64,000 nucleotides of DNA from Lytechinus pictus (Eukaryota), in NCBI RefSeq assembly GCF_037042905.1, contig NC_087252.1, positions 16,742,001-16,806,000 on the forward strand, written 5' to 3'. This document shows, piece after piece, positions 12,501 through 25,586 of the stretch. The notes below the pieces were generated by a model. It had not been told where the DNA came from. It saw only the letters and a list, made by a program, of their open reading frames with translations, and did not search any database. The position numbers and the translations under genes are program-made. Each line of letters begins with the position of its first letter. The first letter of the stretch is position 1.

Positions 12501-13147
12501 AGGGGACATCAAGATTTATTAACCAGACACTTCAGGCAATACGAAAACGTTGGTTAAAAATATAATATTATTATGATGCGCAGGAACCCCATTTCCGACT
12601 CGACTACAAAAATGCAGTCATACATGGCATAGGTTCGTTGTTCAAAACTAGGCTCAAAACGTAGCCTATAAACTGCCAAGTGGGCAATCAATCTTTGCTT
12701 AAATCATTTATTTATCAGCAGAGACATAATGAATATGAAAATATGTTGTTTGGAATATTTAATCTCATGCAAAATGCAGGAAACATCAATAAAGTAGGCA
12801 TATGGTTCCCACACATCAGCTACATGGGTGAAAATAGGCCAAAACGCAAGATTTCTATGTACGCTCCAAAGGGGGTTAAAAACACAGTCTATAATGTAAT
12901 TTCCAATTACTGACACATATTCCTAAAAGTAGAGATACAGAGGAAGAGAACGATATATGCTTGACAGGATATATATTTAAAAAAACACACATCGATTTTC
13001 GACAATTTTTGAAGCAAGAAAATTTCCAAACTAATGATATGCAAATTTCATGACGTAATTTGCATATGTAAACAATAACGTCTGTTCCTGAAATTTCGCA
13101 TGTCTCTTTTGCACTACTAGGACAATACATTTTGAAAGTTTCATTAA

Positions 13148-13917
13148 CCCTAATTCTCCCGGGGGGGGGGGGCCATAATGGCCCCCCCCTCGACAATTTT
13201 CGCGATATATCCGCTGCGCAAAATTTTTTGACCTCGCCGCTAACTGACTTTTTACTTTCAAGTCTCGCGCAAATTTTGAGACCAAACTTGTGACGCCCGG
13301 ATACGCGGTTACGACATTACGCAACATTATGTAAGTGCATGTCAGACCCAAAATTGCTCATAAACGTGATTTCATGTACAAATCCAATGCAAATTGTGTA
13401 TTTAGCCAAAATTCATAAATGTATCATTATTTCTACTTTTACTGATTGAATTTAATCAATTTTGCCTTGCTTATGATCAAAATTAAGTCTGGAACGATTT
13501 CCATTGAAAAAACAATAAAAAACAAAAAGTAAAAAAAACAAGGAAATACATAAGAAATTCATAAAACAATAAAATACATAAGAAATTGATTTCCAAACCG
13601 AAGTTTTTTTTAATTGCGATTGTTAAGAATGCTACAAAGAATATTTTAACCAAAAATTAGCATTCTAGGAGCTTTATTTAGTGAATTAGAGCAAAAAGTA
13701 TGATTTATGCATAAATTAGCATAATTAATTCATATAAAATAAAATCTCATTATTTTGGAAAATTTTACCATACAGCCTTGTAGATTACATCGCACACAAC
13801 CAGCATGCAAATTTTTGCGTCGCTCGAGCGATCAGCGGCCGAGATCTTAAGGGGGGGCCATAATGGCCCCCCCCCCCCGGGAATGACAAGAATCAAAATA
13901 CCCCGGGTGATTGAGGG
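13148..13917. mobile_element. piggyBac-like MITE
   Basis: TTAA at 13144-13147 and 13918-13921. CCC...GGG ends (ccctaattctcccgggg / ccccgggtgattgaggg). A single TTAA marks the empty site at 25890-25893. Confidence 0.92.
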
Positions 13918-13979
13918 TTAAAAAACAAGCATGGTTTGGCTGAGATATTCTCCCTTGACTTCATGCTATGTGTAGAATG

Positions 13980-14282
13980 CACTGTTAGACAATTTATCCT
14001 TAAAATAGAAGAAGTTTCTGCAGCAAAGTCTCAAGAACACCTGTAATCTTACCAGATTGTGTAATCTTACATTATATCATGTAAAATTACAGGAAATTGG
14101 TATTTAGTGTATGGAACCTTAAAAATTTCCTTAAATAAAACACCATTTTCCCCTTTTTAAACAGACATGTTCTGTTATATTGTAGAAAAATTTCTGTTTT
14201 ATGAATTTACAGAATGATTCTGTAATATTGCTTTCTGCAAAATCCTGATTTTTTCTGTAAAATCAGGGTTTTTTTAACGGTG
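13980..14282. mobile_element. CACTA/EnSpm-like MITE (paralog ~25952-26254)
   Basis: cactgtta...taacggtg ends with TG on both flanks (2-bp TSD). Confidence 0.65.
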
Positions 14283-14316
14283 TGTCTAAAAATTGTGAAA
14301 TAGGGCCAGTTTGTAG

Positions 14317-14329
14317 TGACGTCATATAA
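14317..14329 (+). promoter_or_regulatory. Palindromic CRE (TGACGTCA) directly followed by TATAA; also at 26289-26301
   Basis: Sequence tgacgtcatataa ~130 bp before the start of each satellite array. Function not shown. Confidence 0.35.
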
Positions 14330-14447
14330 CGTCATTTCGACGGAAAGACCACTGAAAAACCTGGCAGCAATGGATTTTTGTAAACTTCAGTGTCCATGCC
14401 ATAAGTCCGGCTTTCGGTTGAATAAATCTCCTGGGCTGCCGGACTAT

Positions 14448-17400
14448 TACCCTGGTCAACGGATCCTGTCTTTCCCGCACTCTTTATTATGCACTTTCTC
14501 AATTCCTCGGGGAGCATTTGAACAAACATTTTAAAACAAATAGCAAGGCATAGTACAGTATATTTTGCATCATACCTGGTACACGTTTGACCCTTTAGTG
14601 GAGAGTGGCAAATTGTGGAACGACGCCTTCAACCTTGAATAATTTTCTTTTGATTTGAGATTTAGTTTCGTTTTAAGTCTAAGCATGTTATTTCTTTTGT
14701 ATTCATGGTATGTAAGAACCAATTTGGTATTTTGCTTGAGATCCGTGTTATAAAAAGTAGAAAAAATAAAATAAATTGAAAATTGAATGAACCATATCCA
14801 TTGTCATCGTGTTAACATCATTATAATTTTTTTTAAATACTTGACACTGGAGTGTTCACAGCTTTTTATTTATAATAATGAATACTAGTACTACTACTTC
14901 TACAACAACTACTACTACTACTACTATTACTACTACTACCACCACTACTACTACAACAACAACTATTACTACTACTACTACTACTACTACTACTATTACT
15001 AATACGACCACCACTACTACTACAACTACTACTACTACTACTACTACTACTACATCTACTACTACTACTAATACTACTATTACTATACTACCACTAATAC
15101 TACTTCTACTACTACTACTACTATTTCTACTAGAACTAGTACTACTACTCTTAGATTCTTCCAGAGGGCAAATTCTACATGGGGTAACGCCCTTGACCCC
15201 ATTAAAAAAACTGCAGACATCATTAATACAGATCTATTTGTTTTTAATTATAAGTCGCATTAGGGCATCAAATATCAGTTTCAAAATACTATATTTTCAC
15301 GTTTTTTGATACTCCAAGCAAATACTGCATTTTGAAAATGGCTGATGGTCATATTTAGACTACAACCCATGTAGGTTAATTGTTGCAATTTTAGAAAAAC
15401 AAAAGGTATGTATGTATTGAATACATTAGGCAAAATATTTACGAACGACGTTTTATGGTAACATTCGTTTTCTTTTCAATACAACTCTTTTTTATGTAGC
15501 CCTTATACAGGTATATTGTTATCCTGGTCAACGGATCCTGTCTTTCCGGCGCACTTTATTATGCTCTTTCTCCATTCCCTGGGGAACATTTCAACAAACA
15601 TTTTATAACAAATAGTTAGGCATACTACAACATCTTTTGCACCATACCTGGTACACATTTAACACTTTAGTTGAGAGTGGAAAATTGTGGAACGACGCCT
15701 TCAACCTTGAATAATTTTGTTTCGATTTCAGATTTAGTTTCTTTTTAAGTCTAAACATGTTATTTCTTTTGTATTCATGGTATGTAAGAACCAATACGGT
15801 ATTTTGCTTTAGATCCGTGTTAAAAAAGGAGAAAAAAATAAATTGAAAATGAAATGAATCATATCCACTGCGTTAACATCATTTGCATTTTTTTCTTTCA
15901 ATATCTGACACTGGAATGTTCACATTTTGTTATTAATGAATATTTCTACTACTACTTCTACAACTACTACTTTTATTAAACCGCTACTACTCTGTAAAAA
16001 ATGAAGTGCTAATTTAGCAATTACAGTGCTTGTACGAGTGCTAATTGTTTTGGTTTAAATTTGAACTAAAATATAGGCACTCGTAGTGCAGTCACTATAG
16101 AAGCACTGTAAGTGCTAAATTACCACTTCAATTTTTACAGTGTACCACTACTGCTTCTACTACTACTGCTACTTCTACTATTACTACTACTACTACTATT
16201 ACTACTACTACTACTACCTTTACTACTACTATACCATTATCACTTCTATTACTACTACTAATACTACTACTACTACTCTTACTATACTACTATTACTGAT
16301 ACGACTTCTTCTACTACTACTACTACTACTACTGCTACTACTACTACTACCTCTACTTCTTCTACTAGTACTAATACTACTACTTTTGGTTTCTTTCAGA
16401 GGGCAAATTTTACATGGGGTAACGCCCTTGACTCCATTAAAAAAAACTACAGACTTCATTAATACAGTTCTATTTGTTTTTAATCATAAGTCGCTTTTAG
16501 CGCATCATATGTCAGTTTCAAAATATTGTATTTCGACGTTTTTGATACCCCATGAAAATACGACGTTTTGAAAATGTCTGATGGTCATTTTCAGACTAAA
16601 ACCCATGTATGTTATTTGTTGCAAGTTTAGAATAACAAAAGATATGTTTGTATTCAATATGTTAAGCAGAATATTTACGAAGGACGTTTTATGGTAACAT
16701 TCGGTTTTTACAATACAATTCAGTTTTATGTAGCCCTTTTACAGATATATTGTTACCCCGGTCAACGGATCCTGTCTTTCCCGCACACTTTATTATGCAC
16801 TTTCTCCATTCCCTGTGGAGCATTTCAACAAACATTTTAAGATAAACAGCTAGGCATACTACAGTATATTTTGCATCATATCTGGTACACGTTTGACACT
16901 TTAGTGGAGTGTGGCAAATTGTGGAACGACGCCTTCAACCTTGAATAATTTTCTTTTGATTTGAGATTTACATGTAGTTTCGTTTTAAGTCTAAACATGT
17001 TATTTCTTTTGTATTCATGGTATGTAAGAACCAATTTGGTATTTTGCTTGAGATCCGTGTTATAAAAATGTGAAAAAATAAAAAAAATTGAAAGTGAAAT
17101 GAACCATATCCATTGTCATCGTGTTAACATCATTTGCATTTTTTTTAAATACTTGACACTGGAATGTTCACAGCTTTTATTTATAATAATGAATACTAGT
17201 ACTACTACTTATACAACAACTACTACTGCTACTACTACTATTATTACTACTACTACTACTACTATACCATTATCACTTCTACTACTACTACTTCTACTAC
17301 TTCTACCTCTACTACTACTACTACTACTATTACTATACTACCACTAATACTACTTTTACTACTACTACTACCACTACTAATACTATTACTATTTGTACTA

Positions 17401-18487
17401 GTACTAGTACTTCAACTCTTAAATTCTTCCAGAGGGCAAATTCTACATAGGGTAACGCCCTTGACCCTATAAAAAAACTACAGACTTCATTAATACAGTT
17501 CTATTTGTTTTTAATTATAAGTCGTTTTTAGCGCATCAAATGTCAGTTTCAAAATATTTTATTTCCACGTTTTTGATACCCCATGAAAATACTACGTTTT
17601 GAAAATGTCTGATGGTCATTTTTTAAGACTACAACCCATGTATGTTATTTGTTGCAAGTTTAGAAAAAAAAAAGTTTTTGTATTGAATATGTTAAGCAGA
17701 ATATCTACGAAGGACGTTTTATGGTAACATTCGGTTTTTACAATACAATTCTGTTTTATGTAGTCCTTTTACAGATATATTGTTACCCCGGTCAACGGAT
17801 CCTGTCTTTCCCGCACACTTTATTATGCACTTTCTCCATTCCCTGTGGAACATTTCAACAAACATTTTAAGATAAATAGCTAGGCATACTACAGTATCTT
17901 TTGCATCATACCTGGTACACGTTTGACACTTTAGTGGAGAGTGGCAATTTCTGGAACGACGCCTTTAACCTTGAATAATTTTCTTTTTATTTGAGATTTA
18001 GTTTCGTTTTAAATCTAAACATGTTATTTCTTTTGTATTCATGGTATGTAAGAACCAATTTGGTATTTTGCTTGAGATCCGTGTTATAAAAACGTAAAAA
18101 AATAAAACAAATTGAAAGAGAAATGAACCATATCCATTGTCATCGTGTTAACATCATTTGCATTTTTTTTCAATACTTGACACTGGAATGTTCACAGCTT
18201 TTATTTATGATAATGAATACTAGTACTACTACTTATACAACAACTACTACTGCTACTACTACTACTACTATTACTACTACTACCACCACCACTACTACTA
18301 CAACAACAACTACTACTACTACTACTACATCTACTACTACTACTAATACTACTATTACTATACTTCCACTAATACTACTTCTACTATTACTACTACTATT
18401 TCTACTAGAACTAGTACTACTACTCTTAGATTCTTCCAGAGGGCATATTCTACATGGGGTAACGCCCTTGACCCCATTAAAAAAAAG
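14448..18487 (+). repeat. Satellite array 1: four ~1.0-1.25-kb monomers, each with an (ACT)n tract
   Basis: Marker ggtcaacggatcctgtc at ~14454, 15525, 16760, 17790. Confidence 0.95.
15990..16142. mobile_element. Palindromic CACTG-type MITE inside the (ACT)n tract; copies at 27962-28115, 31472-31638, 35030-35196, 38508-38674, 46065-46230
   Basis: ctctgtaaaaaatgaagtgctaatttagca...tgctaaattaccacttcaatttttacagtg, flanked by TA on both sides. Confidence 0.85.
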
Positions 18488-18593
18488 TCTCCTTACAACT
18501 TGCAAGATTCTTAACTTAAAGAAGTTGCCGAGGTTGCAAAATACAGCTGCGCGTATTTTAGCTCTGTCTAGCAAGCCGAGCCATATCCCCCCT
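18488..18593 (+). mobile_element. L2-clade LINE fragment, continuing at 19768-20240 after the hAT MITE
   Basis: KLPRLQNTAARILALS..SHI joins TPILKTLHWL once the MITE is removed. Confidence 0.8.
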
Positions 18594-19767
18594 CAATGGC
18601 GTACCGTGGGTCACGGCATGGGGGGGGGGCACCAGCAAACATTTGGAGTCACTTTGAGCGTGCTTCGCGTGCTCAGTTGCCAAGTATACTGACCTAATAG
18701 AGACATTTTAAGGACAGTGCCATTAAACGGATATGTATCTCACTGATCAAATAATGCGAGCACGAGGCGCGAGCTGAAACTTTTTTATATTCATAGCCAA
18801 AAAGAGACATTATAATCAAATTTTTGAAATCATAATAAGTACCTGTCTCGCTAAACAATGCGAGCGCGAAGCGCGAGCTGAAATTTTTGTATACATTGAC
18901 TCCAAACAGTGACATATAAGGACTATATTTTAGGAATCCATTATGAGTAAACATATCTCACCATAGTCATCTAATGCCAAGCGCTTGCTGATTTTGTTGG
19001 AATTACATCTAAACACACTTGTAGTCATTGTAATCATGATTAACATACGCATATCACTAATCAAATATTGCGAGTGCGAATCAAACGCGAGCTGAAAAAT
19101 TTTGAAATTCAGACTTGAAGAGGGGTATTCTAAGGCTTGTTTGTAAGAATTCACTAAGACCATACGTATTTCACTAACCTAATGATGCGAGCGCGAAGCG
19201 CGAGCTGAAATTTCTTATATTCAGATCAGAAAAAGGGACATTTAAGGACTAATTTTAGGAATTCATGGCGAGCAGACATATCTCACCAATCCACTAATGC
19301 GAACATAAGCACGGACAGGAAATGTTTTATATTAACACCTTAAAATGGAGCAATCACTTTAAGCAGCCATGAAAAAAAAAACATATTTCACTACATAAAA
19401 GAATAATAACTCAAAGTGAGAGGAAATATATTTGATGTATCTTGACTTGAAAACGGGAGGTTTTAGTCCAACAGGATTATATATCTCGTTAAACAGACAA
19501 TGTGAGCACGAGGAAAATGAAGACATACATGTAGGCCCTAAGCAAATTTCGTTTCATAGAGTTATGAAAAAAATGGTTCTTATGTAATATAACATAACAT
19601 AATTATGATATGATATAACAATATAATGAACAATAATTTATCTTTCCCACTATGTTTCTCTACCTTTCTCCCTCTTTTTCTCCTTTTCCCCCTTTTTTTT
19701 GGTCAGCTGATGGGGGGGGGGGGGGGCACGTGCCCCACCCACCATGCCCCCCGTAGTAACGCCGCTG
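18594..19767. mobile_element. hAT-like MITE
   Basis: caatggcgta...aacgccgctg ends (CAGTGGCGTA type). 8-bp TSD tcccccct / tcacccct with one mismatch. Internal gcgagcgcgaagcgcgagc subrepeats. Confidence 0.85.
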
Positions 19768-21252
19768 TCACCCCTATATTGAAGACTCTTCACTGGCTGC
19801 ACCTGAAGGAACGCATAGTCTTTAAAATCCTTCTTATGATTTGTCATACAGTTTAATGGAACTTCCCCCTAGTTTCAATAAGTCTTTGATGCATAATTAC
19901 CAACCCTCAAGAACCTTACGATCCTCATCATTATAATCTCTTACAAATTCCAGTTGCTAAGAAATCATGCGGGGAATGGGCCTTTGCTCATGCAGGGCCT
20001 AACCTGTGGAATTCTCTTCCACAGAGTTTGAAAACCCAGACTTCAGTGTCTACCTTCAAGGGCAACCTGAAAACATACCTGTATAAGAGTGCTTTTTGAT
20101 AGACATTGACTTATTGTTCAGACATATATTATATGTAAATATATTTTGTTGTTCTGCTCTGAAGCACCTTAAGCATCTAATCAAGATGGGAAGTGCGCTA
20201 TACAAATCTCATGTATTATTATTATTATTATTATTATTAAAGTTAAAGATGGCAGAGGCAAACCGGAAAGATAAATGGGGTGTTGGTTTGTTAAAGTCAA
20301 GAAAAAAAATTCACTCCAAAATAAAATGGGGTTTGTTCAGAAGGGGGAAAAAGATTACAACAAAAAATAGCACCAATCAGATAATAAACAAAGTTTTCTC
20401 TTCTGTCCAAAATAACAGAGATTTGTGTCAAATCTCCACATTTTAGCATACGAACCCAATTTCCAGGTGGGTGTTGCTTATAGTGCATAAAATACCAACA
20501 GCATCTCCCGCTTCCAAGGGTTAAGATCATCAAGGCATTTATATATTTAATATCATATCGGACGCAGTGGTAACGATCTAGGGTCTTCATTTATTGAAAG
20601 TTTCTGAACCAGACCCTCGATCGATCCCAAACTGGCTTACCAGGCAAAACAAGATTATTATTGATTTTCATAAGTTACAAATTCAGCTTAGAACCTCGGA
20701 ATGCGTGCTATATTGTTATTCAAATATTTAAAAAGATTAGTACAGACGCCATCCAAAGCTTTAGATCAAAATAACCAACCATACAAAATGAAATGTTATT
20801 AAAAGATTAATGAGAATAGTGCAGTTTCATTTTGCTTCTGATAAATTAAGTGAAGAAATTTCTGTCCTTTATATTCTTAAAAAAAAAAAAACCCTCAAGG
20901 TACATGTACACCTCCATCGAATTCGTAAATAGCATTGTTAGGCCGATGAAGACATGTTATGATGAAATGCCTTACCGTGACATGCACTTGTTTTCTAATC
21001 TATGTACATGCGGGAGCCTTTTGACAATTTATTGCATTGGGGTTTACGACTGGCAGTAATACCTCTATGTTTTTACTTCTGCCATTTTTACCTCTTCCAT
21101 TAAAACCCCTGTCATTTCTACCTCTGCCATTATTCTCCCTGCCATGTTTACCTATGCCATTATCACCGCTTCCATTATTACCACTGCAACTTGTTTTACA
21201 TTTGCCATTATTATCGCTGCCATTAATACCACTGCCATCTTTACACCTAAGG

Positions 21253-24200
21253 TGCTGATAAATAAATGATTTCAGCAAATATTAATTGCCCACTTGACAG
21301 TCTAAAGGCTACGTTTTAAGCCTAGTTTTCAACAACGAACCTATGCCATGTATGACTGCATTATTGTAGTCGAGTCGGAAATGGGGGTTCCAGTGCACCA
21401 TCATAATAGTCAAGGATAGAAGAGGCATAACCTTGTTTTTTCATATATACAATATATTTTGATGGTTTCTTGTCTATTCGAGGGTGCTGATTACGAATCT
21501 AAATGATGCCACTTTTGTAACCTTGAGCATTTTCTGCAAATTGGCAAAATCCAATATGGCCGCCAAAATATGCAAATTACAAAAATCATAACATTGCCAG
21601 CAAATTGGCTATAACATGTATTTATTTGTGTTGCAGGAGTGAAATACTCTCTGAAAAAAATATTTTTTTTATAAAATATTTGTTTTTTTGATATTCGAAA
21701 TGGCCGCCACAGACCTCTGTATACCCTATTATGTACAATATGAATAGGGAAAATTAATATTTCACAAAATGATCTATGAACTGCAAGTAATTGTGATCTA
21801 TGGACGAAGTATTGCACTGTTTGTCTGATTTTCCTTCCCGTTTCCTTTTGAGGCCTTTATCAATTTCAAGCTCTAAGCTTAAGATACAGGTGTCCCACAT
21901 TTCAAAATGCATTATGTTGATATACAAATGTATGTATATATAAAAAAAAATCTGCTAATTCTTTTTAACAATAAAAAAAAAAATTCAGGTATAAATATAT
22001 TTTAATTAGATTGTATATATGCATATGTTATTAATTATATCATTTGCTTATTATGTTATGCTAAGACAAAAATGTTTACACTTGTATATGCTTTTGTTAT
22101 TGGAATGTGGAAATAAATAAATCAAATCAAATCAAGTAATATACGATAATCATCAATGCTAACATGATATATCCTTTATTATGTCATGTATGGGAAAATT
22201 GTTGTATTTAATATTCAAAATAGCTGCCACTGGCCCAAATAGTATTTTTTCTATGGCAAAGGGGTCAACTAAAATGCATATTATTAAGAGAAACGAGTGG
22301 AATACTGACTAAAAACACAATTGCTAACGAGATACACTGTATATAATTTAATATGCAATGTATGTGATAACTGCTGTATTTTGATATTCAAAATGGCCGC
22401 CGAAGGCCGTAGCAGTATTATGTACAATGGAAAAGAGGACCAACGAAATCACAAGAGTGAGCACTGAAATGCATTTATTTGTGATGAATAAATGGGATAC
22501 TGTCTAAAAAACACAATTTTTTTGGCTTTGCTTGACTAAATGGTGTTGTATGAGGAAAATATTGTCTGAAAACATGATTACTAACGAAATATATCATATC
22601 ATCTAAAAATTTAGGTGATAAATTCTAAATGGCCGCCATATGCCGTTTTGTGAAATTTATCTGTCCTCATTCAAATTGTACAGTAATGGCCAATGGCGGC
22701 CATTTTCCATGTCAGAATGCAGCATATATCATCTTAAATGCACCAGATATGACATACTTCGTTAGGAACCATGGTTTTAGACAATATTTCACTCTTACAT
22801 CACAATTATATGCAATACTTATAGTCAAGCAAAGCCAAATTCTGTCAAAATGTTATGTCCCAAATTACAATGTACATAATACTTTTAGGACCTATGGCAG
22901 CCATTTTGAATGTCAAAGTACATCATTTATTACCTCCATTACCAATGTGTGACGTATTTATTTAGAAATCATGTTTAAGACAATATTTTTACTCATGCAT
23001 CACAGTTACTTGCATTTCATGATTTTCACTCTTGTAAAAAGTAGATTCCCTATACGTATGTAACATAATTTAGTTAGGGCTTGTATCAGCTATTTTGAAT
23101 ATCAAAATACAGTATTTATCACTTACATGGCAGAAGAAATGCTTTCTTTCATAAAAATCATGTTTTCAAATATTGTTTTATCATACAACAGGACTTTATG
23201 GATTTCATAGTCAAGTAAATCCAAATTCTTACAAAATTACATGTCCACATTTACATTGTAGATAATACTGTTAGGGCCTACAGGGGCCATTTTGAATTTC
23301 ACAATTATACAGCATTTATCTCATGCATGACAAAAGAAATGATATGTTTCGCTAGAATACATGTTTTCAGACATTATTTTACTCGGTGATCACAATTACA
23401 TGCTTTTTATAGTTCTTACTCTTTTGAAAATTAATTTCTCCAATCGCATTGTACATAATGTATAATGGGCTTATGGCGGCCATTTTTAATGTAAACATAC
23501 AGCATTTATCACATAAATTGCATTTTTATTTCGTTAAAAATTATGCTTTTAGCCAGTATTCCACACGCTTATCTTAATACTGGTAATATGCATTTTTAGT
23601 ACACACTCTTGTGATTTTCTTGTGTCCCCATGAAAATTGTACATAATATGGTCAGGGCATTGTGGTGGGTTTTTTTAATATTGAAATGCTTTATTTATTT
23701 ACATGTTATAACAAATGATACATTTCGTTAGCAATCATGTTTTCGATCAATTATTTCACTAAAAATCACAATTACTTGCATTTAGTGCTCACTTTTGTGA
23801 AATTTTATTTTCCCCGTTCATATTGTACAAAATATCGAATACATGGGTCTTTGGCGGCCATTTTGAATATCTAGAAAATATTTTTTTGTCAAAAGTCGTT
23901 TTTTTTCAGAGAGTATTTCACTCCTGCAACACAAATGCATACATTTTATAACCAATGTGCGGGTAATTTTATGGTTTTCATGGGTAATTTGCATATTTTG
24001 GCGGCCATATTGGATTTTGCCAATTTGCGGAAAATGCTCAAAGTTACACGAGTGGCATCATACAGATTCGTAATCACCACCCTCGATTTGACAAGAAACC
24101 ATCAACAAATATTGTATATAATGAAAAAACAAGGTTTGGTCAGTTTTCTATGGGGCCTATCCAGGACTATAATCTGATAATTTATTTTTAATCAACGTTT

Positions 24201-25586
24201 TTGTATTGCCTGAAGTGTCTAAAATCGTGATGTTCCCTTTGCCAAATCGTGTCCCACGGGGTTCAAAATTGACAATTTTGGCGGCCCTATTGGGTGTTTG
24301 ATGAAAATAAATTATTTTCATCTTTTTTGCTCACAGTCTGACAATGGGACAATTTTAAATGAATACGCATTTTACTATAATTTGGATAGTACAAATCGGG
24401 TGAAATCGTTTTCTGGATAGTCCAGTTAATACATCTTGAAAAATATAAAAAAATTATTCAAAAGTTTTGGTCCGTAATCTTCATGTGCATTGACATCTGT
24501 TTTTATCTTGCATCGCCTTTGCTGATGTGCCTTACACGCAGAAATGCATGTCACGTGCGTAGCGATAGAAAGGTATATATTACCTGTATGAGGATAAAAG
24601 GCGTTTTCTACACAAAGCAACTTTTATAATAACGAAACCTCTGAAGAAGAGAGAGGATCGAGGCATTGCTCTGCATTTTGCATGCAATTACGTTTGGGCA
24701 CCTTAAAACATAGTCCCACAAGAGCATGTAGAAGGTACCCCACCCTTATCTGTGGCTTGACTATTAAGATATCGTCCTTTTTGGAGCCCCCAATGTGGCA
24801 AAATTGTGTTTTGTGTATGTATTTTTCCCTTTAAATCACTTAGAGACAAAAGAGTTGGCCTTTTCTATCAGCTACATAATTATAAAGAAGTTAGGGCATA
24901 ACAAAGCCTACCCCCTCAGGTTGCTGCCAAAGTCACCCCATCCCTTTTTGGTATTTTCTCGGAAAATTTGCCATTTTGGAGAACCATTGAGGCAAAATGT
25001 GCTTCCGCTTTGCAGTAAAGCCACTTTTATTGTTTTGAAACTTCATGGAGATTAAAAAGAAGGATCTTCTCTATCAGCTACGTAATGTGCCGGCTAATTG
25101 AAGCCTCGCCCCTTCAGGTGCTGCCGAAGTCTCCCCACGTTTTTTGCCTATTTTCCCTGTTTATTGAAAAATGTGCAGTGTTTTAGCCCCCATTCAGGCA
25201 AAAGGGCATTTCTGCTATATTGTATTAAAGGCCACTTTTATTTTTGGAAACCACTTGGATATGAGAGAATAGGCTTTTTCCTATCAGCCACATGTAAAAA
25301 AGTGCTGGCACATCAACTTCTACCCGCTTCAGAGGCTCCAAAATTGGCAGATTTTCCCATATATTGGAAAAATACGGAAAAGGGGTGGGTGACTTTGGCA
25401 ACCCCTTAAGGGGGGTATGCCTTAATATGCCAGCACGTCGTTATATGTAGCAGATAGAGGGAACTCTACTCTTATGTCTCCATGTAGTTTCAAAATATAA
25501 AAAGTGGCTTTACTACATAGCCGAAACATTTTTTCCTCAATGGGGGCTCCAAAATGGCATACTTTCCCATAGATAGGTAAAATACA
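21253..25586. mobile_element. Foldback element, duplicated copy with the right arm deleted
   Basis: Colinear with 1806-11601 minus the LINE, then joins directly to the equivalent of 12842. Confidence 0.75.
21407..24169. mobile_element. Academ-like element, duplicated copy
   Basis: taa|tagtcaaggat...ccaggacta|taa; paralog of 1960-4916. Confidence 0.8.

Larger units (their letters stand above)
1806..12720. mobile_element. Foldback-type non-autonomous DNA element with long TIRs, interrupted by nested insertions
   Basis: 1806-1959 plus 10191-~10510 is the reverse complement of ~12240-12720 (tgctgataaataaatgattt...aaatcatttatttatcagca). Internal ~205-bp subrepeats (ctatcagctac / gtagcagatag) invert around ~11400. 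No TSD identified. Confidence 0.8.
1..18487 (+). repeat. Segmental duplication, copy 1 (starts before the window)
   Basis: Position 1 (acataattatgatatg) matches 19597. Near-identical ORF-track translations recur: 30/19626, 2044/21491, 3492/22629, 10441/24426, 14316/26288, 16140/28113. Confidence 0.95.

Noticed and set aside
14404..14445. Hairpin agtccggc...gccggact with GAAA on the minus strand as a hammerhead
   Set aside because: There is no CUGAnGA box or NUH site in the right position.
15195..15211. Minus-strand UUUUUUA next to a pseudoknot as a -1 frameshift signal
   Set aside because: There is no 5-9-nt spacer and no overlapping ORFs.
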